Origin: Streblomastix strix
Lineage: Eukaryota
DNA: 20,000 bases
Assembly (NCBI GenBank): GCA_008636045.1
Contig: SNRW01000001.1
Span: forward strand, 54,191-74,190
Reading direction: 5' to 3'
Made by a program: the position numbers and the translations under genes. Position 1 is the stretch's first letter. The number at the start of each line of letters is the position of its first letter. The notes beneath the pieces are model-generated. The model saw only the letters and a list, made by a program, of their open reading frames with translations. It did no database searches and was not told where the DNA came from. Shown here in pieces: positions 1 to 11,301 of the stretch.

Positions 1-3000
1 AATTTTCGTTCTGTTTTAACATGCGGAAGTTAGTGATCGACTAGATGATTATATATAAAACTCTCCAATTGTCTCTTTATTAGTTGTGATTTCAATATTT
101 CTTAGAATTGGACCCCAATTAATCACTACATTAATATATCTTTCATCAGTGTGACCTCTAACTTCAGCAACAAATAATAACATTTTATCGACTACTAATG
201 GATCATTAGAGAACCTACTAGTGTCATATATTAGTGTTTTACATCGATTTTGATCAGTAATCTTTTCAATAAGTTATGCAGGCATATATATTATATGATT
301 TGTGTATGGATTTAAGGCATTCGGTTCACTGCTCATAACACTAGGATATTAGCTATGAAAATCTAACTAAACTACATGAGTCATCACATTATCTGAATAT
401 ATTGAATACATACATTTATTTTTTTAATCAAATTCGAAATGATTAATTCTAGGTTCTCCTGCAATATTATATCTATGCATCACATTTGATATACCTCCAG
501 TGATTCCTTTACGCAATAATTGATATCCTTCATCACTCGTTAATGTCATGGGTAATTATTTAAATAACGCATATTTCTTTAACTATACCATTTGTTTCAT
601 CTAGTTTTCATCACGAATAGCTTTACATACATTGCAGTACAAACAGCATGGAAGTACGTTATCTTTTGAGTGTCCTTTACTATTATCTATTCTATCTAAT
701 GTGGGCCTATTTTTCCATGTGAATCGTGCATCAAATATGTGGCATCGTTAATTCTTGAATATTTCTTTAAAATAATCATAATCATCAATTGTTACATTAT
801 TGCTTGAATTTCTATTCATTTTATTATCTTATTCAATATAGCTTTCCACTTTTGCTCTCCAATAATTCTATGTGATATCGATCAATTTGTCAGTTGATTC
901 ATAATTGTAATTACCTTTTATATCAAAATCACTATAACATATAGCATATTTGATCGCATTAGCGCATTGTGACATAGATATATTAGGTAGCATATCAACC
1001 TTGTATTTGAACATTAACTCAATCAAGTAATCTATAGGTTCAATAAGAACTCTAGTATCTAATATATTGTAGTGCTTCAAGTAATCCCATCATGTTTTGT
1101 GCTTTGCTGCTTCGACTAGGTACTCTTTGTACTTTACTTCATTAAGTTTCTTATTTCGTAATTTATTATCAAATGTTTCGATCGGAAATGGTTCAATTTT
1201 ATTCAGTTCATTCATGTAATTATTAGTGTTTATGAATTCATGAGGAAATCTACCATTTTTATAAGTCCCATTTCCAAAATCTCTTACAGCATCCTTTAAT
1301 TTATTTTACATAGAATAGATCTTAAAATCAACGAATCTCAAATGAATGCTTGAAGACTAATGCTTCACAATTATCTATTTTGCGATTGTGCTTGATCCCA
1401 AATACTTAGAGATAGGCCAATTCTTTGATTTCAAATTCTTAAACAACACTGACGCATCAAATTTTGCTTAATTGAACCCAATTACAGGTAATTCAAAATA
1501 TTATGGGATTGTTTCATCTATATATTTATTATCTTTCTTAACTTATTTCGCTTCTTCAAATAGCTATTCTAACCACTTATCTAAGAAATCATCTGTTCGA
1601 ATATCGTAATAAAATGAATGGATATCGCTAGCAAATTTGACAGTTGAATCAATAGCGTATGGAATTAGAATTGCAGTAACTTATGAACTATCACCGAATT
1701 TTTCATTAACTTTATTTTCTAATGTTTCAATATCATATGTTATGTAATATCTTGTAGGCTTGAAAAAATGAGTTAGATTGTTCGCTAATAGATACTTATA
1801 AGTCTTGTTAGATAAAATATGAGGAACAAACGGTTTTGCAAACTTCTCTAAGATGACTTTCTTAACTATTTTTCCATCATTCTTTTGACATTTTTTCATA
1901 TGATTTCTCATCTGTACTTATAGATTTTTATCATTTATTCTGAATGCTTACCTATGGCATATATTACAGTAACGAAATCCAGTTAATGCTTCTACATCAG
2001 ATATATACATAATGTGAGCATTAATTCCATCATTAATGAATAAGATATTGAAGTGCTTATCCAAATCATTAGCAGTATAATTTTATGTTAATTCATAATG
2101 TTGTGGATTGTCTTCAAACGTATGCATGTGCACGTTAACCTGTTCTTTTTTAATGAAGTTATCAATATCTCCTACGAAATCGAATCCTTAATAATTATCT
2201 TGAAACCCCACTCCATTTACTCTTGAAAATATACGCTTAGCTTCTGCGATTCTAGAACAATCCATCCAACGTTTATCCTTTGAATTAGGCATTGTGATGA
2301 ATGAATACGCTGTCCAGAAACATAGATTCACCTTATAATCTACATAATAAATCTCTTTTCGTTTAATATGCTACTTTAATGATGGAATAGCCGCACCTGC
2401 TAATGGATATCGAAAAATAAAGAGCATTATTTAGAATATTGATACTATTTTTTCATGAGTATCTGTGTTAGTTCTCTCTTACATGGTTCCTATAACTGTT
2501 CGAAGATACTACTTGTACATATTAATGTTATCTCTAGATCGTATTTCTAATGGAGCTCTTCTTTCTGAACTTGCATCTACTAGAAATATATATTTGTATT
2601 TAATTGTTTAATCTTCATTATTACCATTAACACTTTCAATTAACACACCAAAATCAACAGCTAGTTTAAACACATTACCTTTTTCTTTATCATATACGGA
2701 GTCCAAGTATTTATCTAAATCGGCTAATGAAGCAATATTACTATAGTATTATTTTGTTGGTTTGATTTAATTAGTTGATGATAAATTATACGATTTGTAT
2801 GAAAGAGTGCCTGTTTCTTTATTGTATCGATTTAATGCAATATTCTTAATCCTACTGAATTTCGCTTCATTCTATATGTCACATAGCATAATCACATCAT
2901 TATCCGTATTTAGATGATGATACACATATTATTCATGAGTTCTAATGTAATCGCTAATTTCTTATTAGTCTGTTTCGAATAGTATATCGATGTTCATATC

Positions 3001-3525
3001 CTCCACATTATGAAATTCATCTAACAATGATGCTTATCTTGCTTATCTATCTTCATCTTATTTTCTCCTACGTTCTTCTATCTTTTATGCTCTTAATTAA
3101 TGCTGCTATTATTTATATCGTTCTAGATCGAAAATATCATCTTCATCTAATTGTTCTGGATCGAACTCTTCTCGTAATTCTTTTATGTCTAATTCACGTT
3201 ATTTTTATAATTATTCTTATTCCTTTTATATCTATTCTTCTCGTATTAACCGTTATTATTCCCGTTAATTGAACCATTTTCGAACACGATTTTATATAAC
3301 AGTTGCTGCTTTGGATTGTTCCATATATATATTACGTGAAACTACTGCATTGATCGCTTATTCCACAGCATTAACGTTATTACGTTAACCATAGAATCCG
3401 ATCTTTGTCAGTATAGAACTTAGCGCTGATCTCTTCATATTATTACTCGCATTTATGTCTGTATTTGGATCGTATAATTAGAGTAATCGATTAACGTCTG
3501 CAATTGATATCTTTATTCAAGTCAT
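1..3525 (-). pseudogene. polB: Protein-primed family B DNA polymerase (N-terminal/terminal-protein region, vOTU-like domain, Zn finger, 3'-5' exonuclease, HNH insert, palm); 3' part runs off the window
   Basis: One frame from ATG 3525 to about 61 with TAR=Gln. Motifs: ExoI YDIET (1723-1737), ExoII GFNQAKFD (1456-1479), GRFPHEF, ExoIII YNILD (1057-1071), RKGITGG, motif A DFHSQYPSVM (334-363). In-frame TGA at 3517-3519 and 1090-1092; probable +1 frameshift near 57-60. Confidence 0.92.
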
Positions 3526-3566
3526 TTCGTTGATTCAAAAATAAATTGTCATATGATTGATTATTT

Positions 3567-4877
3567 TCAATCCTATTACATCGCTCCTTATCTTCTTCCA
3601 GCTTCATTTATGGCTGCAGGTGCAACTTAATTATATATACGATCAATTTCGGTTGCAAATGCTTCTTCATCAGTGTTAGTTTATGTAAAATATGCCTATG
3701 CAATTTATTTCTTAAATGCAATTGCACCTTATTTTATATATCATTATTTTCCCAATTTTATTGTGGATCAATTATCTATAAGATTTCTCTTACAACTTCT
3801 CTCCATGTAGCTTATGCAGCAGTAACATACTAGCCTCCCCCCCATTTTTCTATTTCATTTGTTTTTCTAAATTCTTAAGCAATTGTAGGAATGTAAGTAG
3901 CCAAGAAATGATTTCTTGGAACTAATTATTAGAATTATTTCATTTTATAAGAGCCATTTTTATGTTATGCTCCAACTGGAACTTCCTTACCTTACATAAA
4001 ATTGAAGAATTTATTATTGTTACGTTATCTTTTGGTACACCAGCTATATATTATTCTCGATATTTATCATATTTACTTTCATCTTTTGGAATGTATCCTC
4101 CGATTGAATATAACTTTCCTTTATTGGTATGAACAGTTGCGAATTCAGGTAATGGACCTTATCCATCTGGATCAACCATCCGCATAGTATATCCTTGCAT
4201 GCCTTTTTTACCAGAAATATATGCTTCACCTGAAGGAATAGTTCTCAATTCTTAATTATATTTCATATCTTTATGCAGGTTTTGTTTATTATTTAGTATA
4301 CCAATTAATGCTTATAGTTATTTTGCATTTATTCCTGTTGTATGTTTAATACGACTTTCAGCAAGCTTCTATTTTCTAACATTTTTCTTGTTTAGTTATT
4401 CTTCGGATAATGGAGTTTATTTTTTCAGCAAATATTACGCGAATCTTGAAAGTTACGGTTATGCTTCAGCCATGTTTTGGTTTTGAGTAAAAGTTGGTTA
4501 TCGTATTTATTCTATTGCATATTCTCTTTATTAATCTATTGGTTACTCTTGTGGTTACTTTTATATGTTCCTAAACTGATTATTCAATTATTGATCTAAT
4601 AGTTTATGGCGCTTCCGCTATAGTTCTTTATTCAATTTAATCAGCTAAATTCCAATATTTTTCTTAAATTCATCGAAATGCTTATGCTGTTTCGTTCAAT
4701 ATAGTTAATTATTCTTATTATCTTTAACGACCTTTATGTTTATGCTAATTGTATATTTGTTCTTCTGCATTACGTAATTCATTAAAGAATTCATCATTAT
4801 CGCTTGCAATTTACCGAATATCTCTAATTTCATTGTTTAACTCTTCTGCACTCACTTGTTAATAACAAAACGTTCAT
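3567..4877 (-). pseudogene. Hypothetical viral protein (~430 aa, Gln/Glu-rich N-terminus), frameshifted
   Basis: Protein-like segments (QVSAEELNNEIRDIRQ...; YTMRMVDPDGQGPLPEF...; FATEIDRIYNQVAP...QQD*) join only with frame changes near 4560, 4020 and 3728, plus a TGA at 4670-4672. Start codon uncertain. Confidence 0.55.
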
Positions 4878-4906
4878 AAGTGATTGAAATAATTAATAAT
4901 AACCAA

Positions 4907-5680
4907 ATGTCTTTAACTAGTTACGTGAATCAATTACTTAGTAAACAGAAAACTAATAAACATGAAGTATAATCTATGATTCATAAAGAGCTCAATTTCT
5001 CATATAATTCTATCAATCTTCTTATAGGATAGCGAGGAAACGGTAGTTCATATAACATATTCAAAGAGCTAATCAAATTGAGTTGGTTACCTAATTAGTG
5101 TTACACGTTATTCATATATGTTATTGATAGCAATAATGATATCACATATATGATGATGAAAGATTTAATAACTATTTCAACAAAAATAGTACCATATTCA
5201 GAAGTGAATGAAACATTAGATGAACTGATTGAATGTAAGAAAGCGTATGATGAACTAAATGAATATAAGTTAGAGAAATAAATGAAAGAAGAATCTAAAA
5301 TAGCTATATTATCTCACATTGGAGCAAAGGATTTTTCTATCAAATTTCCACATACAATAGTGTTGTTCGATGATGCAATGAGTATATTCAAAAATAAGAA
5401 CAATCCACTATACAAGAAGTTATTCAAAAATAGATAGCCAAGAATTACTTATTTCCTATGTTTGCAAGATATTATTGGGTTAGATGCTAGCATTAAATCA
5501 AACGTTGATACTGTATATTTTTTTGGCGGATTCAATAGATAAAAATTCAATTTATTCTTCTATCAATCATCGCTACTGTTGGATAAAGAAACATTATGGA
5601 ATGAATATGTGTAATTAGGTAAATGAGAAGCATTATTGGTATAATATAGTAATGATATAATTATTGTACGAGTTATTTGA
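4907..5680 (+). pseudogene. A32/FtsK-HerA-like genome packaging ATPase
   Basis: ATG 4907. Walker A-like LIGQRGNGSS (G at 5027; Lys replaced by Ser), Walker B IVLFDD (5357-5374), Arg-finger region KNRQ and YFLCLQ. Internal TGA at 5624-5626, next TGA at 5678-5680. Confidence 0.85.
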
Positions 5681-6085
5681 TCAATGAACGTATTCATCAT
5701 TTTAGTAGGAAATTGATTGTTATTTTTATTCAAAGAAGCTTAGTAAAAACATTAATTTACCATTGATTTCTTTGATCGATTCTTATATGTTAGTTAATTC
5801 ATTTTATTCCGATTATTTATGTTTGGATTATTTTAATGCTATTTATTCATTCTAACGTGTGAAGATATATCCTTCAACTTTATATAATTTATTTAATCTA
5901 ATAGATGGCATCTTATCTATTGTTTCTTTGTTAGCTGCGTAATATTAATGGAATTCGTCAGTCGAATCAAACGTTAATGGTTATGCATCAGTTTTATTGA
6001 TAATTTTTAGTTCAGATAATGCTTAGATTTTATCCTTAGATTTATTGTTCTTAATTAGCTTACTATCAAACAACACACGATACAT
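5681..6085 (-). CDS. Hypothetical viral protein, 134 aa (MYRVLFDSK...FDSTDEFHQYYAANKETIDKMPSIRLNKLYKVEGY...)
   Basis: Intact ATG-to-TGA frame with TAR=Gln. TTATTTTTG lies 10 nt upstream. Its stop abuts the ATPase stop (TGATCA). Confidence 0.75.
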
Positions 6086-6117
6086 TTCAATTTAACAAAA
6101 ATAAATTAGCCGAGCTA

Positions 6118-7001
6118 TCAATGTGCTCTCGATGAATTAATAATAGCTTATTTTGATCAATAATTTAATCTAATTAGTTTTCTTAGAATGTGTAATGAGT
6201 CAACCATATTTTCACGTCTTATCTTTATTATAAAACTTCTTTAATCTTTTCATTAATTGTCATAGCAATTGGTAAGTTATCAATAAATAATAATGATTCA
6301 CGAAGATATCGTTCTTTTTTTGCGGGACATAGATTTTTTCTATTAATTCTTCTAACTCGTATTGTTATTTGATCTTCATGTTAGTCTTCATGTTATTAAT
6401 CTTCACTAACCTCTTCAACTATCAAGATATATATTTTTTCTTTACCATTTGGAACAGCTCTTGGAGCTAATTATCGAACTTATTAATTCAAATCAGTTAT
6501 TCTATCCGATAATGTATCAGTAACTTCATTAATAACGTTATGGAATTGATCTGCGATTGCCTATGTTTTATCAGCATCATGTTCTGCAATAGTTGTTTCG
6601 TTAATTTTGTCCATAATATCAGTTACAATATCAAGATATTTGATAGATGTCTTCATTCAAATTATGCTAATTAATTTTTTATATATATATGTTCCTCTGA
6701 CTTCTTTAATATATTCATTAATCAACTAATATTCAAGTTAGGGGGGCTGGTCCTTTTTGGACGCAGCCGATTTGTCTTGGATAAATTTCTTATATTCCCT
6801 ATACATCTAAGTTACCATTATTTTCTTCAATTATTTGTTAGTATTCTCTTACTCATTAATCAATTGAACTAGTTTGGTAGCGTTAACATAACCATCAATA
6901 TCTCTTATCAATATTTCGAAACCATTATAAGATCCAATTGTAAAGCTCTCGTTGTTCGAAGTTATTTTGCACAATTCGGGTGTTGCTGTTTCTGTAGTCA
7001 T
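6118..7001 (-). pseudogene. KilA-N domain protein with coiled coil and a DUF3627-like C-terminal region
   Basis: ATG 7001. KilA-N hallmarks ILIRDIDGYVNATKL and VRGTYIY..LI. In-frame TGA at 6657-6659; probable 1-nt frameshift near 6150 before ...IINSSRAH*. Confidence 0.85.
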
Positions 7002-7075
7002 TTCTGATTAGTAAAAGAGTTTGGTTAGTAAATTGAAACTAATGATTATTAGTTAATATACAAAAATAATCTCAA

Positions 7076-7468
7076 TCAATATACAAGCATTAAATCAAGT
7101 ACGAATTTTATATCTGTTTATTTTACATTCTAATTCATATTATTCTTGAACCAAATCAACATACTTCGTTAATGATTCATTTATTAAAATTCATTAATTG
7201 TTCTAATTTCATTACAAAAACCTACAAAACTATCGTAATATTATTCTTATTATACTAACGATGAGTGAATGGATACAATATCTGGAGTATTAAGTATCTT
7301 GTATTACAAGAATATTATTTTTCGCTCATTGTTTGAATTAACAAAATCAAAGGGTAGCTGAACTCGATATTTCCCTTCATCATATATGCAATCATCCTAC
7401 ATTATCATAAAGTGTTTTACATTCTGAGCTGAAGTCCTATCATTAATTATCGCACGATTATAAGCCAT
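7076..7468 (-). CDS. 130-aa beta-rich protein, possible minor capsid (penton-like) protein
   Basis: Intact frame MAYNRAIIND...VQLPFDFVNS...IWFKN...IKFVLDLMLVY*, directly downstream of the capsid gene. The function is inferred from position and strand pattern only. Confidence 0.55.
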
Positions 7469-7497
7469 TTTATTACAGAAATAATATTCCATCAGTA

Positions 7498-9220
7498 TCA
7501 AGCAGTTACTAATCCAATAACCTAATTAAATGAATGAGTTGTATCATATATGCAAGATCTTCCATCTCTAGGACTGAATAGCCAGAAATTATCGTGAACT
7601 GTGCACAAAATTGGAGGAGGTGGATGTTTTCCATTAGTATCAACATTATAGTAGGTATCAATTGCACCTTAGTATAGTGGTTATCCTCTTAGTTCAATTG
7701 AAGCATTTTAGTTCTGGGTGTCTAATCCATCAAATGTTAATGCATTATTGCTATTACGTTCACATTAAAGAATGATGAAAAATGATGTATAATCAGTTAC
7801 AGAATTATATTTTCTAGTTGAATTTCCTGTTGGAGTTGTTAATGAATCTTCATATTCATCTGTAGCTTCGAATATATTATCGAGATTATTTGCAGTTATC
7901 TATATTGTGAAGAATTATTCATTAAGTGTATTCATGGGAAAATCTGGGAAATTTCTACTTAAAGTAGACAATTACATATTTTAATAACATGAATTTTCGA
8001 AGCAAGTAGTTTGTCTAGCGTCCTTAGGAAATAGTAAGCACATATCAGTAACGTGAGATAGCGGTATATTTTATAAAGCACATAATCCAGTAAGAGTAGC
8101 ACCACTTGGAAATGCCCATGTTTCAATACATTATGCAGGTACGATAAATGGACACGATGAATAAAATTATCGTACACGATTAAGACATTCTTGTGAAGCT
8201 TTATATACACACATATTTGCAACAGCTGCAGTAATGATATAGTTTCTTAAAGAAATTGTTACTGGTTTGATATCATATACAAGATTCTTCAACCCTGATG
8301 GAGTTAGTTCTTCAGCACGTACTCCAGTAATCAAATCAGCAGTGCATCCAATTTATGTGAACATATTTGTGTATTAGAATGTGAGAGACCAATTACGGAA
8401 AAATAGATCAATATCCCTAAGCTTATCTTGACCTGAGCTCAATAATTCATCTTTATTAATTGTATAATATCTAGTCATCGAAACTACTGGATCAATTTGG
8501 TAGAATATGAATGCGTTTGGATTAATTTTGAATTTAATTTTAATATCACCAAACAGACTATTAGGATATTCAGAGAATGCTGAGAAAATGAGTAAATCAT
8601 CAAGAGGAATTGAAACAGAGAAATTAACTGGCATAACATATGGTGCAGCAGTTTGTGGAGCAAGTGCATCTGAAATATCCTTGATTCTAAGATATTTTCC
8701 ACAATGTGATACATCATCTTTACGTACATTTTCATAGAGTAAATGAACTATTCTATTATTATTTTTCTCTGATTTGGGTTTAATAGTATTATAGATAAAT
8801 TATTCGGTGGTAGAATCATTCTGAAGAGATCCATCGATTGTCTTTCCTCGATGATATAGAGTATATTCGCGAATTAGTTATGCAGATGATTTTAGTCCAA
8901 CAAATATAAATGTTCCAGCTCTATAAGATTCGCTAAATTAATCAAATTTATTATCGAACAATAGATTCATTGTAAAATCAAGAGTAATGAATGAATTTTA
9001 TATCTATGTTACGTCATGATCTGGATCGGTCAAACTGATAATAACTTCCTTGTCAAATAATGATGGCATTTATGATTCTGGCCTGATCTCTTTGATTGAA
9101 AAATGGTGTTGTCTATCATTCTAAAATGGTAGAATTGCGAAGGTCTTTAACAAATTCTCGATTGTTTCCAGATTTTGTTGTGTTGTTAGGCACACGTGTC
9201 TTCATAAGTTGGCGATTCAT
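7498..9220 (-). pseudogene. Probable major capsid protein (double jelly-roll type, ~570 aa)
   Basis: Uninterrupted TAR=Gln frame from about 9189 to TGA 7498 (IFVGLKSSAQLIREY, VSIPLDDLLIFSAFSEYPNSLFGDIKIKF, PPPILCTVHD). ATG 9220 is out of frame, implying small indels in the first ~12 codons. Size, beta-rich pattern and context next to the ATPase fit a capsid protein. Confidence 0.75.
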
Positions 9221-9273
9221 GTTTAATTCTGTAAAATAAATCTGATTATATAATAGTTAATACGAATAGTGAT

Positions 9274-9603
9274 TCACTGAAATTCATTTCCAAGTAGTTA
9301 TATCCGTTTACTAATTACATCAATTGGAACATTTTTCCTTAAGTAATTGTCTTATTGGAATGTCTTAAAATCCTATCTGAATTGTTATTTTGATTATTAT
9401 TTATTAGGTCCAAATAAAGCATCTACGGCTGATGATCCTACACTAATTCCTTTCGCTACCATACTTCCTGCTGGTCCCAAAGATGATAGAAGTGCATTAA
9501 TTATGGGCATTATTGGCTTGACTATTTTATCATTCATCCAATAGACTCCTTTACCAACAACTGAGATTAATTTTTTAAGCTTGCTGAGTATTCCCGGCGC
9601 CAT
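9274..9603 (-). CDS. 109-aa basic protein with an N-terminal amphipathic helix (candidate virion core or membrane-penetration protein)
   Basis: Intact frame MAPGILSKLKKLISVVGKGVYWMNDKIVKPIMP...LLGNEFQ*. TTATTTTTG lies 12 nt upstream. Confidence 0.7.
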
Positions 9604-9635
9604 GATTTTAAACCGCAAAAATAAACGTAATCGCA

Positions 9636-11264
9636 TCAAATTATCAAATCATTGTCTAATAAGTGGTACATTCCACTAGCGCAATATTTATAAATATCAG
9701 TTGATGATTCAAGAATAACTTCTTGAACATTTTGCAAAAAGCAATATAACATTTTATAATATTAATTGAATCCGAAATAACACATATCTAACCAATTTAT
9801 ATATCCACCAGCATTTCTATAGACAGATGCAGGAAATCCCATACTTTTACCATCAGCTGGTAATATAGCATCTGGAATCCTACCGATCTCCTATTTACTT
9901 ATTGCTTATCCTTTTGTTTCAAAATATAGATTGAATACGCATACTTTGCATGTTCCATCATCAACGATATAAAACGTATTATAAGCATGACCACCCTGAT
10001 CAAATGGTGCAATTAGTTAAATTTAATTGAATACATTAGTTAATGTATATATTGGCTAAGACGATGATGTTTATAATTTATCATGTTTTATTACAACTTC
10101 ATTAATGTGAGAATCTGGTTCTTTTGTATCTAACGGATATACGTTTGGTTCTTCATTTGAAGTTGGATTCTTATAGTTATCGAGTATATATGTTCCTTGA
10201 AATTCACAATCATACTTATTCAATACTCCACTTACAGCCACTTCTACCGCTAATGATTTATCATAAATTTCTTTGAACAAACACATCGCAGTATATTCTT
10301 ATTGTTCAGTACGAACTGGCATATATTTCGTACTTGGAGGAAGTAAATTTTAACTAATTGTTGTGAATAATCTATGAACTGTTTATCGGTTTTCTGAATT
10401 AGCTTATGATTATATTATTTATCAAAGTTTAACACCAAAACTGAATGTAAAAAATGGGCCTTCTTTAATGAAGAACGCTGCTCTATCCGCTTTATAGATT
10501 GCTAATTCATCCACTAATTTTATATCACTATTCAAGAAATTAACTTTATTATCTCCAAATAATTCAGTAACGATCAAATCAATTTATTTTTTCACAGTTT
10601 CGTATACATGAGATTATGTTTCGAATGTTCCTTTGCTATTAACATGCCATGTATCCATTATATCTACTCGTCCATCATTATTTGCATCATAGTTAATTAT
10701 CTTCGATTATTCATAATTCTTATAATAAGTTACGTTTATTGCAAGTGCCGTTTCTGATGGAATCTATGAAATACTAATTATAAATGGTCCATTCTAATCG
10801 ATATAACAAAATATACTATTTTTATTCATTGTATCTGTTCCAACTAATGCAATCACTTTATCACCTGCTTTTGGTCTCGCTTCTTCAGGATAACTTTTGA
10901 ATAAATATCCATTTGGAAATAATCCAGTAGTTTCATATGATACGGTTAGTGTTACACGATCACCATATACAATTAATTATGGATCTGATCCACATGATGT
11001 TAAGATACTAGATCATACTAGCAATGAACTTAAATCCAATTTTATAGGTGCATTTGAAACTGGAGGAATGAACTCTTCGTTTGTATTATTAAGAATATCA
11101 TCATTATCTTTCACTTATTTTTGTAACGTTTATTCTCCGATCGGTATACGTTATGCTGGTGGTATTGGTTCTTAATATCTCTCTCTAACATATGCGTATA
11201 ATTCAGGAAAATCTGATAGCCCTGCTGCGTCTAGTAATTCTTCATCTAGGTAAACTGAACTCAT
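9636..11264 (-). pseudogene. ~540-aa spike/receptor-binding-like protein with repeated beta domains and an EF-hand/dockerin-like loop
   Basis: Single frame from ATG 11264 to TGA 9636 with internal TGA at 11013-11015 and 10422-10424. Motifs YPEEARP, ISQNLLPP, IGRIPDAILP and DANNDGRVDIMD. Confidence 0.65.
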
Positions 11265-11301
11265 TTCATACTTCAAAAATAAAATGAATCGATCCATAAC
11301 T

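Noticed and set aside
3027..3272. Hydrophobic plus-strand ORF resembling a membrane protein
   Set aside because: It is the antisense shadow of the E/Q/K/R-rich polymerase N-terminus.
3901..3919. Perfect palindrome ccaagaaat-g-atttcttgg
   Set aside because: It is a single short hairpin inside a coding region with no supporting context; likely chance.
8507..8737. Plus-strand ORF similar to the minus-strand ORF 19694-19888
   Set aside because: Both are antisense shadows of the two capsid gene copies.
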